From the IMG/VR virus record IMGVR_UViG_3300025141_000059: a stretch of DNA of 20,000 bases. The stretch is one strand, 5' to 3'. The stretch's first letter is position 1. The number at the start of each line of letters is the position of its first letter. The stretch is from an uncultured virus (IMG/VR IMGVR_UViG_3300025141_000059) (Duplodnaviria > Heunggongvirae > Uroviricota > Caudoviricetes). This document shows, piece after piece, positions 1-9,021 of the stretch. The position numbers and the translations under genes were made by a program. The notes below the pieces were generated by a model. The model searched no databases. It saw nothing but the letters and a program-made list of their open reading frames with translations, and was not told the origin of the DNA.

Positions 1-34
1 TGGTGAGTTTGAGTTGTGCTTTTATTGTTGCCAT
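1..34 (-). CDS. 5' end of the next phage gene (MATIKAQLKLT...), truncated by the window edge
   Basis: ATG at 32-34 on the minus strand, 4 nt after the TAA of the 142-aa gene. The frame is open to the edge and fits the tightly packed operon. Only 11 codons are visible. Confidence 0.55.
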   Translation of the reverse strand, partial: MATIKAQLKLT

Positions 35-38
35 TGTC

Positions 39-467
39 TTAGTGGATTATTGATTTGATCGACATATACTGTCGAGCCGTCATTGTGTGCGGCAGGATAG
101 CTTTTGGGATCTTCCTCAGTTTAAGTTCACATCTCTCTTTCAGCATCATGTCGACAACGGCAAGAGCTTTATTTCTCTCAGCTACTATCTCTGGATGCAT
201 TTCTTCAAATTCTTTCTGCTTGATCGGGTCATTCTGTGCAAACTCGTGCATCCTCATGACGAACTCCTCAAGCTCTGGAGTTGGTTTTATAATCTTGTCC
301 AGAGGGCGTGTGACCTCAGAAATGGTCTCAATGTTCTCAGTTACGATCACTGCAAATTTCAGACCTTGCAGATCCTGTACACTGTACAATCCCTGTAATA
401 GATTTACCTGGTCCTGTAGGGTTACCTCTTCTGTTACTTCCGGTGGCATTTCAATTGTTTTATTCAT
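39..467 (-). CDS. Small helical phage protein, possibly DUF1617-like / tail-fibre-associated
   Basis: 142-aa ORF co-oriented with the operon, with an A-rich leader and no Shine-Dalgarno. Charged, helical composition. The pattern 'LLQGLYSV..L.GLKFA..V..N' loosely recalls DUF1617-type proteins; this is unverified. Confidence 0.6.
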   Translation of the reverse strand: MNKTIEMPPEVTEEVTLQDQVNLLQGLYSVQDLQGLKFAVIVTENIETISEVTRPLDKIIKPTPELEEFVMRMHEFAQNDPIKQKEFEEMHPEIVAERNKALAVVDMMLKERCELKLRKIPKAILPHTMTARQYMSIKSIIH

Positions 468-503
468 GATTTTTTATTATAGGTTAAGGAACAAATATAG
501 CCA

Positions 504-1994
504 TTACCTTGCTCCGGAAGAATGCCTGTCTACTACAATACCCCTTGCAGCGATGGTTGCTGTACCAGAATCCATGGACAAAAAGATCTGTCCGGCGTTG
601 GCCACAAAGGTGTTCAAAGTAAAAAATGATATTGTGATGCTTTCATTGAACGGTGGTGTTTTGGTAATAGATACCACTGCATCTGCTATAACAGTACTTG
701 GTGCTACTCCACCCCCTATGTCCAATTGAACAAATATAGCTCCCGCACCCCCACCTTTAGCTGTAACCTCAAGATCTATCCGCATTGAATAAGAGTCTCC
801 TACGGAGATCGGCGTGATCTCATCGTTTACTGTGTCCCAGAGCTCACCTGTACCCAATATTGAGGCCGGGAGATATCCTGATTCTGAATTAGCCCCTGCA
901 CCATCTATCAATAGTTTGGCCGGAACCGTAGTAAGTGCTTGAGTTGCAGGAGTTGTTTCTCCGTCCTGATAGTATCCCCATCCTGCAGGTTCGATCCTGT
1001 CAGAGACATCTATCCCTGCACATGAAGCATCCACTGCCCATTCCTCATCCAGGTTGGAATATCCGGATGTTACGGAACCCGCACCAGAAAAGACACTTGA
1101 AGAGATGATTCCTATCATCCCCACGTTTAAGTTTGCACCATTGGCCGCAACTGCCAGTCCGGTTCCTCCTGCGACAGTTACAAAGCTACATCCCAGTATA
1201 CGTACGAGATTAAAAGTTGCAACTCCGAGCCCCACACTCGTAGGAGTTCCAGCTGTTTGAGAGAATTCTGTATCTATCAGGATCAAGGATCCATTGGACC
1301 CTGTAAAGGACAGTCCTGCGGAAAACCCTACAAACAGTCCGATGTTACATTCAAATAGATCGTATTGATCCACCGTTCCGAGCCCTCCTGCACCAAAGAA
1401 GCGAACCCCTGTCATAAGACAGGTCTCAGAACCAGAACCTTGAAGATCAAAAATGACGCCTGCGCTTGCCTGAAACCCTGCTTCTACGATCCTAAAGTCG
1501 GCTGTTGCAGTGATCAAGGCTCCTGCAGTTGTAGAGGTCACGTAATCAAGAGTTGGGGATTTTCCACGGACCGTGGTGTTTATCCCCATTACCAGGCGGT
1601 CACTTCCTATGCTGATGGCTCCGTGTATTACATATATGGTATTATCTGCTAAGGTTCTTACTCCAGCGACAGCGGCTGGAAAGTCAGTGGCGCTGTAGAC
1701 ATTTACGATATTTCCTGCCTCATCAACCTCTACTATATACCCGTTCACCTGAGTAACCAGGTCATACAGGGAGGTGGAGGTCGGAAGTGATATTTGAGAA
1801 TCCCATCTTGCGTTCACAGCAGACGATTCCTCATCCCCCTCATAGTAAACCCTGATAAAACCTGAGGCCCCTCTTACGAGAAGTTTTGTTCCATCTGCCC
1901 TCACCTTATCGTAATAGGTTACATCCTTATCAAGTTCGGTGGAGATCAATAGTTGTGTAGGCGTATTCTCTATGCTAAATACTTGATCTGCCAT
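504..1994 (-). CDS. Putative tail/head fibre or spike protein (beta-helix-like middle, beta-sandwich-like C-terminus)
   Basis: 496 aa rich in G/A/T/S/V. The middle has periodic beta-strand/turn segments (TIYVIHGAISIGSDRLVMGINTTVRG...). A distinct C-terminal module begins at GWGYYQDG. The start overlaps the upstream stop (TAATG). Confidence 0.6.
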   Translation of the reverse strand: MADQVFSIENTPTQLLISTELDKDVTYYDKVRADGTKLLVRGASGFIRVYYEGDEESSAVNARWDSQISLPTSTSLYDLVTQVNGYIVEVDEAGNIVNVYSATDFPAAVAGVRTLADNTIYVIHGAISIGSDRLVMGINTTVRGKSPTLDYVTSTTAGALITATADFRIVEAGFQASAGVIFDLQGSGSETCLMTGVRFFGAGGLGTVDQYDLFECNIGLFVGFSAGLSFTGSNGSLILIDTEFSQTAGTPTSVGLGVATFNLVRILGCSFVTVAGGTGLAVAANGANLNVGMIGIISSSVFSGAGSVTSGYSNLDEEWAVDASCAGIDVSDRIEPAGWGYYQDGETTPATQALTTVPAKLLIDGAGANSESGYLPASILGTGELWDTVNDEITPISVGDSYSMRIDLEVTAKGGGAGAIFVQLDIGGGVAPSTVIADAVVSITKTPPFNESITISFFTLNTFVANAGQIFLSMDSGTATIAARGIVVDRHSSGAR

Positions 1995-3154
1995 TATCTA
2001 AATATTTTAACATTCCATCCTTCAAATGTTATCTCATTTGGATTCCCTACACCATTCTGCGCGGTAAATACAAGTGTATTGGACACGTTCCAGGTTATAG
2101 GGTGTTTACTTGAGCGTCTTTCTGGAGCGATCCCATCGAAGTCCATACTTCCTTTACACAATGATCCTCCAGGGCCTGTACGTACAACCTTCATTTTCAT
2201 TGCAAATTCAAGGTTATTCGGATTCGTCGTCACGGTATTGTTGATAACAGCTGTACCTCCTATGTAAAGTTTGACATCTTTTGCATTCGCATTATTGGCT
2301 ACAAATCCCCAGGCTTCAACTTCAATAGCGTCTCCATCGGCCGCCAGTGTGTCCGCAGGGATCGTATAGGCCGCGAGAGTATTCTCTGCCGTGTCCGCAT
2401 TATTGGCTACTTGAGAGTACTTGGAATCAAGCCTGGTAAGAGCCACCAATGTATCTACTGGTACAACTTTACTTCCAGTGATCTTGGATCCGGCCATGGA
2501 TGTGATCTGCGCATCAAGGATCGTTCCCGTCAATTTTGTCGTTGCTAAAGAAGTGATCTGCGCATTTGAGATCAACCCAGTGATGTTCGGGAACGCCACT
2601 ACAAAGTCCAGAGAGTTCGGACCTGTTGTTATGGTCACGGATCCGTCAGCTGATGCAGGAACTGCCGCTGCTGGTCCCGCCGCACTACCGATAGGTATCT
2701 GTCCATTCGTTGTCAAGGCCAAGGAAGCTACAGTATCGAGAGCTGATGTGTACAGCAAGGACCCGGTAGGAATAGTGGCCAGATCGGTTCCACCGTTTGC
2801 AACTGGGAGAACTGTTGCTCCAACATCTGCTGCAAGGTTGACAGTGCTCAGAAACAGTGAGGCAGCGTTATTACACGCGCTCAGATCTATACCTGTAGGT
2901 AGAACAGTGAATTCCAGGGCCCCACCAATATTTGTCATGATGGTAAGCATGCCTGCAGTTGCTGATGTCAGCGCTTTCAGGTTGATCTGGTTCTTATTCG
3001 TTATCGCAGTGTACGGGGCTTCTCCGACCCCGACTGTTGATATTGCCGGGAATAGGCTCTGCAACTGTATCCTTTTATGTCCGACAACAGGAATGTAGTG
3101 CGAGGCATCGACATTCAGTTTTGTAAGTATATCCCAAGTTGCTATTTCAGACAT
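1994..3154 (-). CDS. Putative tail fibre protein
   Basis: 386 aa rich in T/A/G. Contains the LPVANGGT motif common in phage fibre shafts, a 'NGQIPIG' segment and a short internal repeat (ITGLISNAQITSL / LTGTILDAQITSM). Confidence 0.65.
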   Translation of the reverse strand: MSEIATWDILTKLNVDASHYIPVVGHKRIQLQSLFPAISTVGVGEAPYTAITNKNQINLKALTSATAGMLTIMTNIGGALEFTVLPTGIDLSACNNAASLFLSTVNLAADVGATVLPVANGGTDLATIPTGSLLYTSALDTVASLALTTNGQIPIGSAAGPAAAVPASADGSVTITTGPNSLDFVVAFPNITGLISNAQITSLATTKLTGTILDAQITSMAGSKITGSKVVPVDTLVALTRLDSKYSQVANNADTAENTLAAYTIPADTLAADGDAIEVEAWGFVANNANAKDVKLYIGGTAVINNTVTTNPNNLEFAMKMKVVRTGPGGSLCKGSMDFDGIAPERRSSKHPITWNVSNTLVFTAQNGVGNPNEITFEGWNVKIFR

Positions 3155-3165
3155 CGTTGTTTTCT

Positions 3166-6100
3166 TTAAAATATAAGTTCGTCTCCATCCATTACAAGCG
3201 GATCTCCTTCAGAGGTTGCTGGCCCTTCGCCAGGCTCAATCGGTGCCTCAGGCAGTGTAGGCACTCCTGGAAGTCCGCAATCTTCACAGTGCTCTTTCAG
3301 GTATGCAAGATACACATCCAATCTGTTCGTTGTATCTGATGGGATCACCGGTTCTACACATATAGCCCAATGGTCCTCACTTCCTAGCTCTTCAGGATCC
3401 ATTCCTGAGATCGGTTGTCCATTATGAATATATACGTAGAAAAGTTGACTTGGCCCATATTGAACCACGTCGCCCCACTGATAAGCTGTTCCTACATCCC
3501 ACACTAACTCACTTCCAGTAGGTCCTCCTTCAGTCCATCTTTCATTACATGATGCTGGATTGTATTCTCCTGTGATACTATCAGCGCAGTTGTATATGCA
3601 TTCCAGTCCGTTCTGTGAGAGCAGATAATGGATCAGGTGCACGAGTATGAATGTGCTGGCCTTGCAGTCGGTGAGTCTTCCGGTCCTGAGAAGGTTGAAA
3701 TACGTGGTGCCCATGGTACTGAGACACAGTTCTGTGGCATCCATCACCTGCTCCACATCGGATGGTCTGCAGGGCAGTATCTCAAGTTGATATTCACAGG
3801 GTCCTCCTGTTGTGACCGCTCCCTCGGAACCATTCGTTCCTTCCAAAGCTATGTCAACATTGGCGGCCGGTGCGAAATTGGTCGCATGCGGGTCCATGCA
3901 TCCATAGATGATGGGTACCAGGCTGAGTATGTAGTTTTCAGAGCAGCCCGCTCCTGTCACTACGGTCACAAGCCAGATGTCCGTAACATTCACGTCAGAG
4001 CCCACAGGGCTGTTCTCGATGGTCTCCTGGGTCTCCAGGGTCAGATTGTACCAGATCACGGAATAATCGAGCGGTACGTTCGCAAATACGATCGTAGGTG
4101 TTAAGCCTACTACATTTATGGTATCTATGATGGGCTCAGTGCACGGATACACGCATTCCTCTCCGGGTATGGTAGCATTCGGATCGTAGTTCCCTGCAAG
4201 GGGATCCATACATCCTGAAATGGCATAGTAACAGTCCCCAGGCACGTGGTTGGTGACGTTAACATCGTAGTTCGTGGCCGAAGAATCTCCGCATCCGAAA
4301 ACCGGATATGCACAGGATCCATCAGGAACGGTCGCAGCAGGGTTGTAGTTCAAGGCCTCTGTCTCCATACATCCAGATATGGAGGGTGGGGGTGGGGGAG
4401 GCGGTCCAATACAGTTCAGGTCTGCAGCTGTCACTGTCTGGATACTTGTGGAGGTCTCACAGACGGAGTCTCTGAAGTTGACTATGACCTCCAGTACGTC
4501 ACCCTCAGCAACATTGATAGGTGGAGATACCGGTAACCCGTTCACCATATATGTCAAGGTGAAAGGTTCCCCGTCAGTTTCCGCGAAGGCGCTTACCAGA
4601 CCCGTGCAGGCGTCGATGGCAACATCTATCGCTGCAGTACACGGTAATGGTGCAGGTAGTGGTTCCCCGACAAAGAAATAATAGATGCTGTTACAATTCG
4701 CTCCTTGGAGCTGTGCGTTGACCGCGTACCAACCTGTAGGAAGGCCTGTCCAGGCATAGGCAGGATACGCCACACCGAGCTGGCTGTTGACCAGAGTTCC
4801 CAAGACCTCTCCGTTACCTACAGTGTTGTAGATGAAGAGGTCGAATACTCCCCCGTCAAAGACCAGCGGGTCTATTGCAGGATTGGGCTGTGCGTTGAAA
4901 TTGATCACACCATCAGAGGCTCCTATTGTGAGCGTGTTCTCTATCAGTGTATTCACGTCCAGTATAAGGTTCGGTCCAGGACTGTCAGCTATCCACAACT
5001 GGTTTTGGCTGCAATACACACAGCATGCTGCGCAAGGTTCTCCAGCTGCAGCAAAGAAGTTCAGTGCGGTAGGGTCGTCACAGTACTGACGCCCACCTCC
5101 GCCCGCAGACTTGGAAGCGCTCCGCTCTATGATAACGGCTGTAAGTGTTGCAGTAATACCTGACTGCACATTCTCTGCAGTGATGGTGTAGACACCAGGT
5201 CCCGGTGCCAGGCCTGTGAATGTGTGAGTATCTGAGTTTACCGGTCCTATGCTCACCTGCGCACCCAGTCCCGGCGGCGGCGTCATAGTGTAGTTGTATG
5301 TGTAAGTGTTCAGTGCTGGGTATACCGGATACTTTTCCGCCTCGTACGCATCCTTATCTGCAAGAGACTCCCTGGCCGGGGATCCAGGCACTTCAGTAAT
5401 GGTGACCTTGATCTCTCCTGTTCCTTGAACTGGTGCATCTGTGATAGATATCTTAGGACCGAAATGTCTGTAATTGGTCACACAGTCACATCCCTCTTTG
5501 AATATTGAGGGAATTGCCCCTGAGAGGTTCCCGGCCGGAATAGCGACGCCATTACAATCAAGGCCTGTTGTCCTGTAGTAGTCGGCATGCCCCTCTGCTT
5601 TACATACAGAGAACTCCTGTGCCTGTTTGAAATCCTCTTCCGGCAGATCCTTTGACCATATCAAGGTGAACGATGTCTGGAGATCTGTTCCAGAGAGTGC
5701 GTCCACCCACATTTCCTGTGCTGAGTCATAATCCCCACCTACAGTGGAAACGATGTACATTGCCTGTTCCTCCGGTCTTGGATCAACAGTAGGCAGATGT
5801 CCGAGACTGGAAACATCAAGTGTTATTCCGTCACTCTTATATACTCCCTCAAATCCGAACTTGCCTGATGGATCCGATTGGGCCATGAGAGCCTGGTTGG
5901 TCCTTCCTGTATATTTTCCTATTGTCCCTTTAGCATGTGTTACGTATGAATATTCCCCATCCCTTCCTGTAAGAGATATTCCTCCGATAATTCCGAGGTC
6001 TGCAATCCCCTGAGATCTGCCTGGGATGAACAGCGTGAAGAACTCCTGTTCTCCGTTTTCGAATATTACAGTATAATTTCGAGTACCACCATCATCTTCA

Positions 6101-6291
6101 AGATCGCTGTAATAAAGCACTTGAATACCGTCCCATCTATAATCGATGTCGGTCGGCTCACTAGTATGATCTATGATCCTGGCTATCTTAAGACATTCAC
6201 CCTCCCTCGGAGTGGCGAATGACACGACCACCGATCCAACGTCTGTTGATGTCGCTGTGGCAAGTATGAACTTTGGAGCTCCCATTAGCAA
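3166..6291 (-). CDS. Large Cys-rich virion surface protein with GCMDPxAxNY-type repeats, Ig/SprB-like beta domains and a CBM5/12-like module
   Basis: 1041 aa. About five GCxDxxAxN(Y/F) repeats. Beta-sandwich signatures (HTFTGLAPGPGVYTITAEN; AWTGLPTGWYAV), a poly-Pro linker, and WDVGTAYQWGDVVQY near the C-terminus. The start overlaps the upstream gene by 7 nt. Confidence 0.7.
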   Translation of the reverse strand: MLMGAPKFILATATSTDVGSVVVSFATPREGECLKIARIIDHTSEPTDIDYRWDGIQVLYYSDLEDDGGTRNYTVIFENGEQEFFTLFIPGRSQGIADLGIIGGISLTGRDGEYSYVTHAKGTIGKYTGRTNQALMAQSDPSGKFGFEGVYKSDGITLDVSSLGHLPTVDPRPEEQAMYIVSTVGGDYDSAQEMWVDALSGTDLQTSFTLIWSKDLPEEDFKQAQEFSVCKAEGHADYYRTTGLDCNGVAIPAGNLSGAIPSIFKEGCDCVTNYRHFGPKISITDAPVQGTGEIKVTITEVPGSPARESLADKDAYEAEKYPVYPALNTYTYNYTMTPPPGLGAQVSIGPVNSDTHTFTGLAPGPGVYTITAENVQSGITATLTAVIIERSASKSAGGGGRQYCDDPTALNFFAAAGEPCAACCVYCSQNQLWIADSPGPNLILDVNTLIENTLTIGASDGVINFNAQPNPAIDPLVFDGGVFDLFIYNTVGNGEVLGTLVNSQLGVAYPAYAWTGLPTGWYAVNAQLQGANCNSIYYFFVGEPLPAPLPCTAAIDVAIDACTGLVSAFAETDGEPFTLTYMVNGLPVSPPINVAEGDVLEVIVNFRDSVCETSTSIQTVTAADLNCIGPPPPPPPSISGCMETEALNYNPAATVPDGSCAYPVFGCGDSSATNYDVNVTNHVPGDCYYAISGCMDPLAGNYDPNATIPGEECVYPCTEPIIDTINVVGLTPTIVFANVPLDYSVIWYNLTLETQETIENSPVGSDVNVTDIWLVTVVTGAGCSENYILSLVPIIYGCMDPHATNFAPAANVDIALEGTNGSEGAVTTGGPCEYQLEILPCRPSDVEQVMDATELCLSTMGTTYFNLLRTGRLTDCKASTFILVHLIHYLLSQNGLECIYNCADSITGEYNPASCNERWTEGGPTGSELVWDVGTAYQWGDVVQYGPSQLFYVYIHNGQPISGMDPEELGSEDHWAICVEPVIPSDTTNRLDVYLAYLKEHCEDCGLPGVPTLPEAPIEPGEGPATSEGDPLVMDGDELIF
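4141..4380 (-). repeat. Three tandem 26-27-aa Cys repeats (GCMxxxAxNYxPxAxxxxxxCxY); further copies near 3790-3909 and 5010-5088
   Basis: ISGCMETEALNYNPAATVPDGSCAYP / VFGCGDSSATNYDVNVTNHVPGDCYYA / ISGCMDPLAGNYDPNATIPGEECVYP, read directly from the translation. Confidence 0.9.
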
Positions 6292-6782
6292 TTACATCCG
6301 CAGTCATCAGAGCAAAGTTCCTGTGCTTTTCTATACTTGTTATTGACACTTTCGAAGATACCTGTATTGGCTGCAGGATCCCCACCTATCTGGGTGAGGT
6401 CTGATTCTATTCCTACGATAAGAAGATGGACCCGTTGAGAGGTGATCAATGCATCGTTGCATTTCACACATCTGCAATCACATCCCAGCAGCTTATCTAC
6501 CTTCTTGGCAATGCAGCAATTCAGATCGCACTTACCGAATGCACCAGCATAGGCCCTCTCCTGAAGTGCGTCTACTCCTTCTATCTCAAAGATGCCGTTG
6601 TTAGGCAGAGGTGTGCTGTTCAGGTATACTACCTGGTTGTAGACACCATTGCCGATAGGCAAGGTCATATTGACTGTATGCGAGACCCCATTGTGTATCG
6701 TGATCGTAGCGGGCCCTTGAGCCCCTGACACAGATAAACTCAGGTATCGACAGTCTCCACTAATTGTTGCGGTTATATTCAT
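6285..6782 (-). CDS. Small Cys-rich structural protein (crAss-like, positionally similar to portal-vertex auxiliary proteins)
   Basis: 165 aa with clusters CDLNCC, CDCRCVKC and a C-terminal CSDDCGCNC. It lies right after the auxiliary-capsid-like gene, as similar CGC-ending proteins do in crAss-like capsid modules (recalled, not searched). Confidence 0.6.
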   Translation of the reverse strand: MNITATISGDCRYLSLSVSGAQGPATITIHNGVSHTVNMTLPIGNGVYNQVVYLNSTPLPNNGIFEIEGVDALQERAYAGAFGKCDLNCCIAKKVDKLLGCDCRCVKCNDALITSQRVHLLIVGIESDLTQIGGDPAANTGIFESVNNKYRKAQELCSDDCGCNC

Positions 6783-6791
6783 ACCAAGTGA

Positions 6792-6838
6792 TCTTAAAGA
6801 ACGAAGCCAGGGGGAGAAATATATCCCCCTCTGGCTTC
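6792..6838 (-). terminator. Probable intrinsic terminator/attenuator after the auxiliary capsid gene
   Basis: Inverted repeat GAAGCCAG (6803-6810) / CTGGCTTC (6831-6838), extended by a GGGGA/TCCCC inner stem. On the minus strand it is followed by GTTCTTTAAG. Confidence 0.65.
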
Positions 6839-6864
6839 CCCTGATTTATAGTCGTAGTGCTCTC

Positions 6865-7836
6865 TTACAGGTTCACTACACCGAAAGCGCCTGGGCATGA
6901 TGTCATCCAAGGATTGATGACCGCTTCGAAAGCGGCCTGTCCGGCTCCACCATCTGCATATGCGATACTGATCTCACGAATGTTATCTACTCCATGAATA
7001 CTTCCAGGGGTTGAGTTCTGAACACGTACAGTGTACACATCATAGGTACCAGGAGTAGCTACATCGATGTAAGACACCGGAGTGTTCGGCTGTTGAACAC
7101 GGTTGTAGAAACTCTTATCGCCTTTCAGCTGATTCTCATACTGAGCAAGAACCTCTGCATCTCCGTAGCCTAAGCTTGGAGCGGCAACTGCTGTAATGGT
7201 GACATCTGCTCCGTTGGTACCATCGATACCTTCAGTAGCTGTTCGGAAAGATCCAAGTTCTGTTCCTAAGGTCAAACTAAAAGTAGAACCTGTGAATGTC
7301 AAAGTTCCAGCACCATCATCCTGAACTACCGCCCAGGTGATTCCTATAATAGGGAAATCTGTTAAAGGGTTGGCTACAATATTTGCAACTGTTTCTCCTG
7401 TCAGCAATGCCATCAAGTTCTGTGCCTGTAATGTTGGGACCAGTCCTGCAACTGCATTGTGAGTTGCACTCTTTCGAGGAAACTGTGCCTGTCCTCCATT
7501 AGAACTGATCAGTTTCAATGTCAACTCTCCATCAGCAACGACAGGACCACCTACAGTGAAATCCACTGTAGTAGACTGAGCGGTTTGAGCTACGTAGTTG
7601 TTTCCTGCCCATCCGATGACATCCTTACCATTGATCCAAGGCGAGTAGATATTCCCTTCGGCATTGGTTCCCATTACGAATCGGATGCTTGGCGAATCTG
7701 CGATAGTTTGAGGAGCAACCAATGGGGATAGCGCGATCACGCCGTCTGGTTCTCTAATAACTCCCAGGGCTCCTGCCGCTACCACGCTGTTCGGAGCCGC
7801 GTATGCTGTACCATCACTTACTAATAGTTGTCTCAT
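6865..7836 (-). CDS. Putative auxiliary (decoration) capsid protein, crAss001 gp36-like
   Basis: 323 aa rich in A/G/T/V. Its size and position (after the ring protein, followed by a terminator) match the auxiliary capsid gene of crAss-like phages. C-terminal pattern 'GYGDAEVLAQYE...FYNR...P...GTYDVY'. Confidence 0.6.
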   Translation of the reverse strand: MRQLLVSDGTAYAAPNSVVAAGALGVIREPDGVIALSPLVAPQTIADSPSIRFVMGTNAEGNIYSPWINGKDVIGWAGNNYVAQTAQSTTVDFTVGGPVVADGELTLKLISSNGGQAQFPRKSATHNAVAGLVPTLQAQNLMALLTGETVANIVANPLTDFPIIGITWAVVQDDGAGTLTFTGSTFSLTLGTELGSFRTATEGIDGTNGADVTITAVAAPSLGYGDAEVLAQYENQLKGDKSFYNRVQQPNTPVSYIDVATPGTYDVYTVRVQNSTPGSIHGVDNIREISIAYADGGAGQAAFEAVINPWMTSCPGAFGVVNL

Positions 7837-7866
7837 GACTTTGATTTATTGTTGAGAGATTTATGG

Positions 7867-9021
7867 TTACTCTCGGTTAAACAATTCACCTTGCTGTGTC
7901 TTGTAGCGAGGATCTGTGATTTCTTCTAAGATACTGGATGCTGCCATTGCTACTATCTCTTCGTGAGTATGTTCAGGCAGATCGCAGTCATACCCCAAAG
8001 ATAGGGAAACAACTTGCGGTCGTCTCAGGTAAGTGATTTTTACCTTCTCTATTATGAATATAGCATTTGTATATACGTCGATGTAGCCTTCTCTGACCGT
8101 TGTAAGGGGTTCTTCGTGTGATGTCGTGTTGAACGGGTCATCCAGGAGTTTGAAGATGTCATCCTGTTGAGAGAACCTGTTAAGTACCGTGTCCTTCTGA
8201 GGATCTGAGATATCCGGGACCCTAGTAATGAGATTGCTCCTGTCCTCGAGCCTCGGAAAGGTGTCGGTGACAGGATCGTTCAATGCATCGTATCCTACAA
8301 GAGGAGTAAGTGGGTTGCCACTCGAGGCATCCCAGTTGTACCAGGAATGCATCGATGTGTCAACCACTACGATGAATTGGTTAGGAAAGTTCAAGTTCGC
8401 GTAAGATTGCCAATGAATACTGAACCCCGCTTCAGGGTTTTCCGTGATGTCTTCGATCACCTGCTGCGTGTATTGTGGATATCCAGCAACGGTATACCCT
8501 GCAGCAAGCAGTTCTTGACTTGGCGTCCACACAAGCTCGTTAATAGTTGGGGTGGGAACAACACCGTCATGCATTCTCAGTTCTGACACGAACTCATTGC
8601 CGTTGACAACAAGGTCCTCAAATCTGAAAACAAAGTAGGCTATGTTCGATTGTTGGCTCTCGATATACCCGAGGTCTCTGCAATTATCCAACCAAATGGA
8701 AGATCGCTGATTCACCAGGTACATGTAATTGGAAGGGAAAGCAAACGTATCCACCCAGACTTTACCGGGCCGTAAGATCTCTTTGAAGAACACCTCATCC
8801 TCATACTCTACAAGCAGGGAGCGGAGGTCATCTATACGTTTCTGGCTCTGTTCGAACCCTTCGTTGTAGATGTTGTTCTTTCCGTACCGTTGATTAATGA
8901 AACGCTGTATCGCCTTATTAAGCTCGATGTCCTTCTCCTCAGGGAGAAGTTGATCGGCCTTAAGGGAGTTGACCTTATCTACGGTCACATCCAGGTTGAT
9001 ATGCATTCCATTGATATTCAT
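7867..9021 (-). CDS. Tail ring / head-tail connector protein (crAss gene 74-like, P22 gp4-type)
   Basis: N-terminus M...MH..LD..VDK..S.....L.PEEKD..LNKA...F and SQKRIDDLR.L; C-terminus YLRRP..VSL.....CDLPEHTHEEIV.MA...ILE....R. These match my recollection of crAss-like ring proteins. The start overlaps the upstream stop (TGATG). Confidence 0.8.
   Translation of the reverse strand: MNINGMHINLDVTVDKVNSLKADQLLPEEKDIELNKAIQRFINQRYGKNNIYNEGFEQSQKRIDDLRSLLVEYEDEVFFKEILRPGKVWVDTFAFPSNYMYLVNQRSSIWLDNCRDLGYIESQQSNIAYFVFRFEDLVVNGNEFVSELRMHDGVVPTPTINELVWTPSQELLAAGYTVAGYPQYTQQVIEDITENPEAGFSIHWQSYANLNFPNQFIVVVDTSMHSWYNWDASSGNPLTPLVGYDALNDPVTDTFPRLEDRSNLITRVPDISDPQKDTVLNRFSQQDDIFKLLDDPFNTTSHEEPLTTVREGYIDVYTNAIFIIEKVKITYLRRPQVVSLSLGYDCDLPEHTHEEIVAMAASSILEEITDPRYKTQQGELFNRE

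Noticed and set aside
4381..4407. G-rich tract resembling a G-quadruplex
   Set aside because: It is fully explained by the poly-proline linker (PPPPPPP) encoded on the minus strand.
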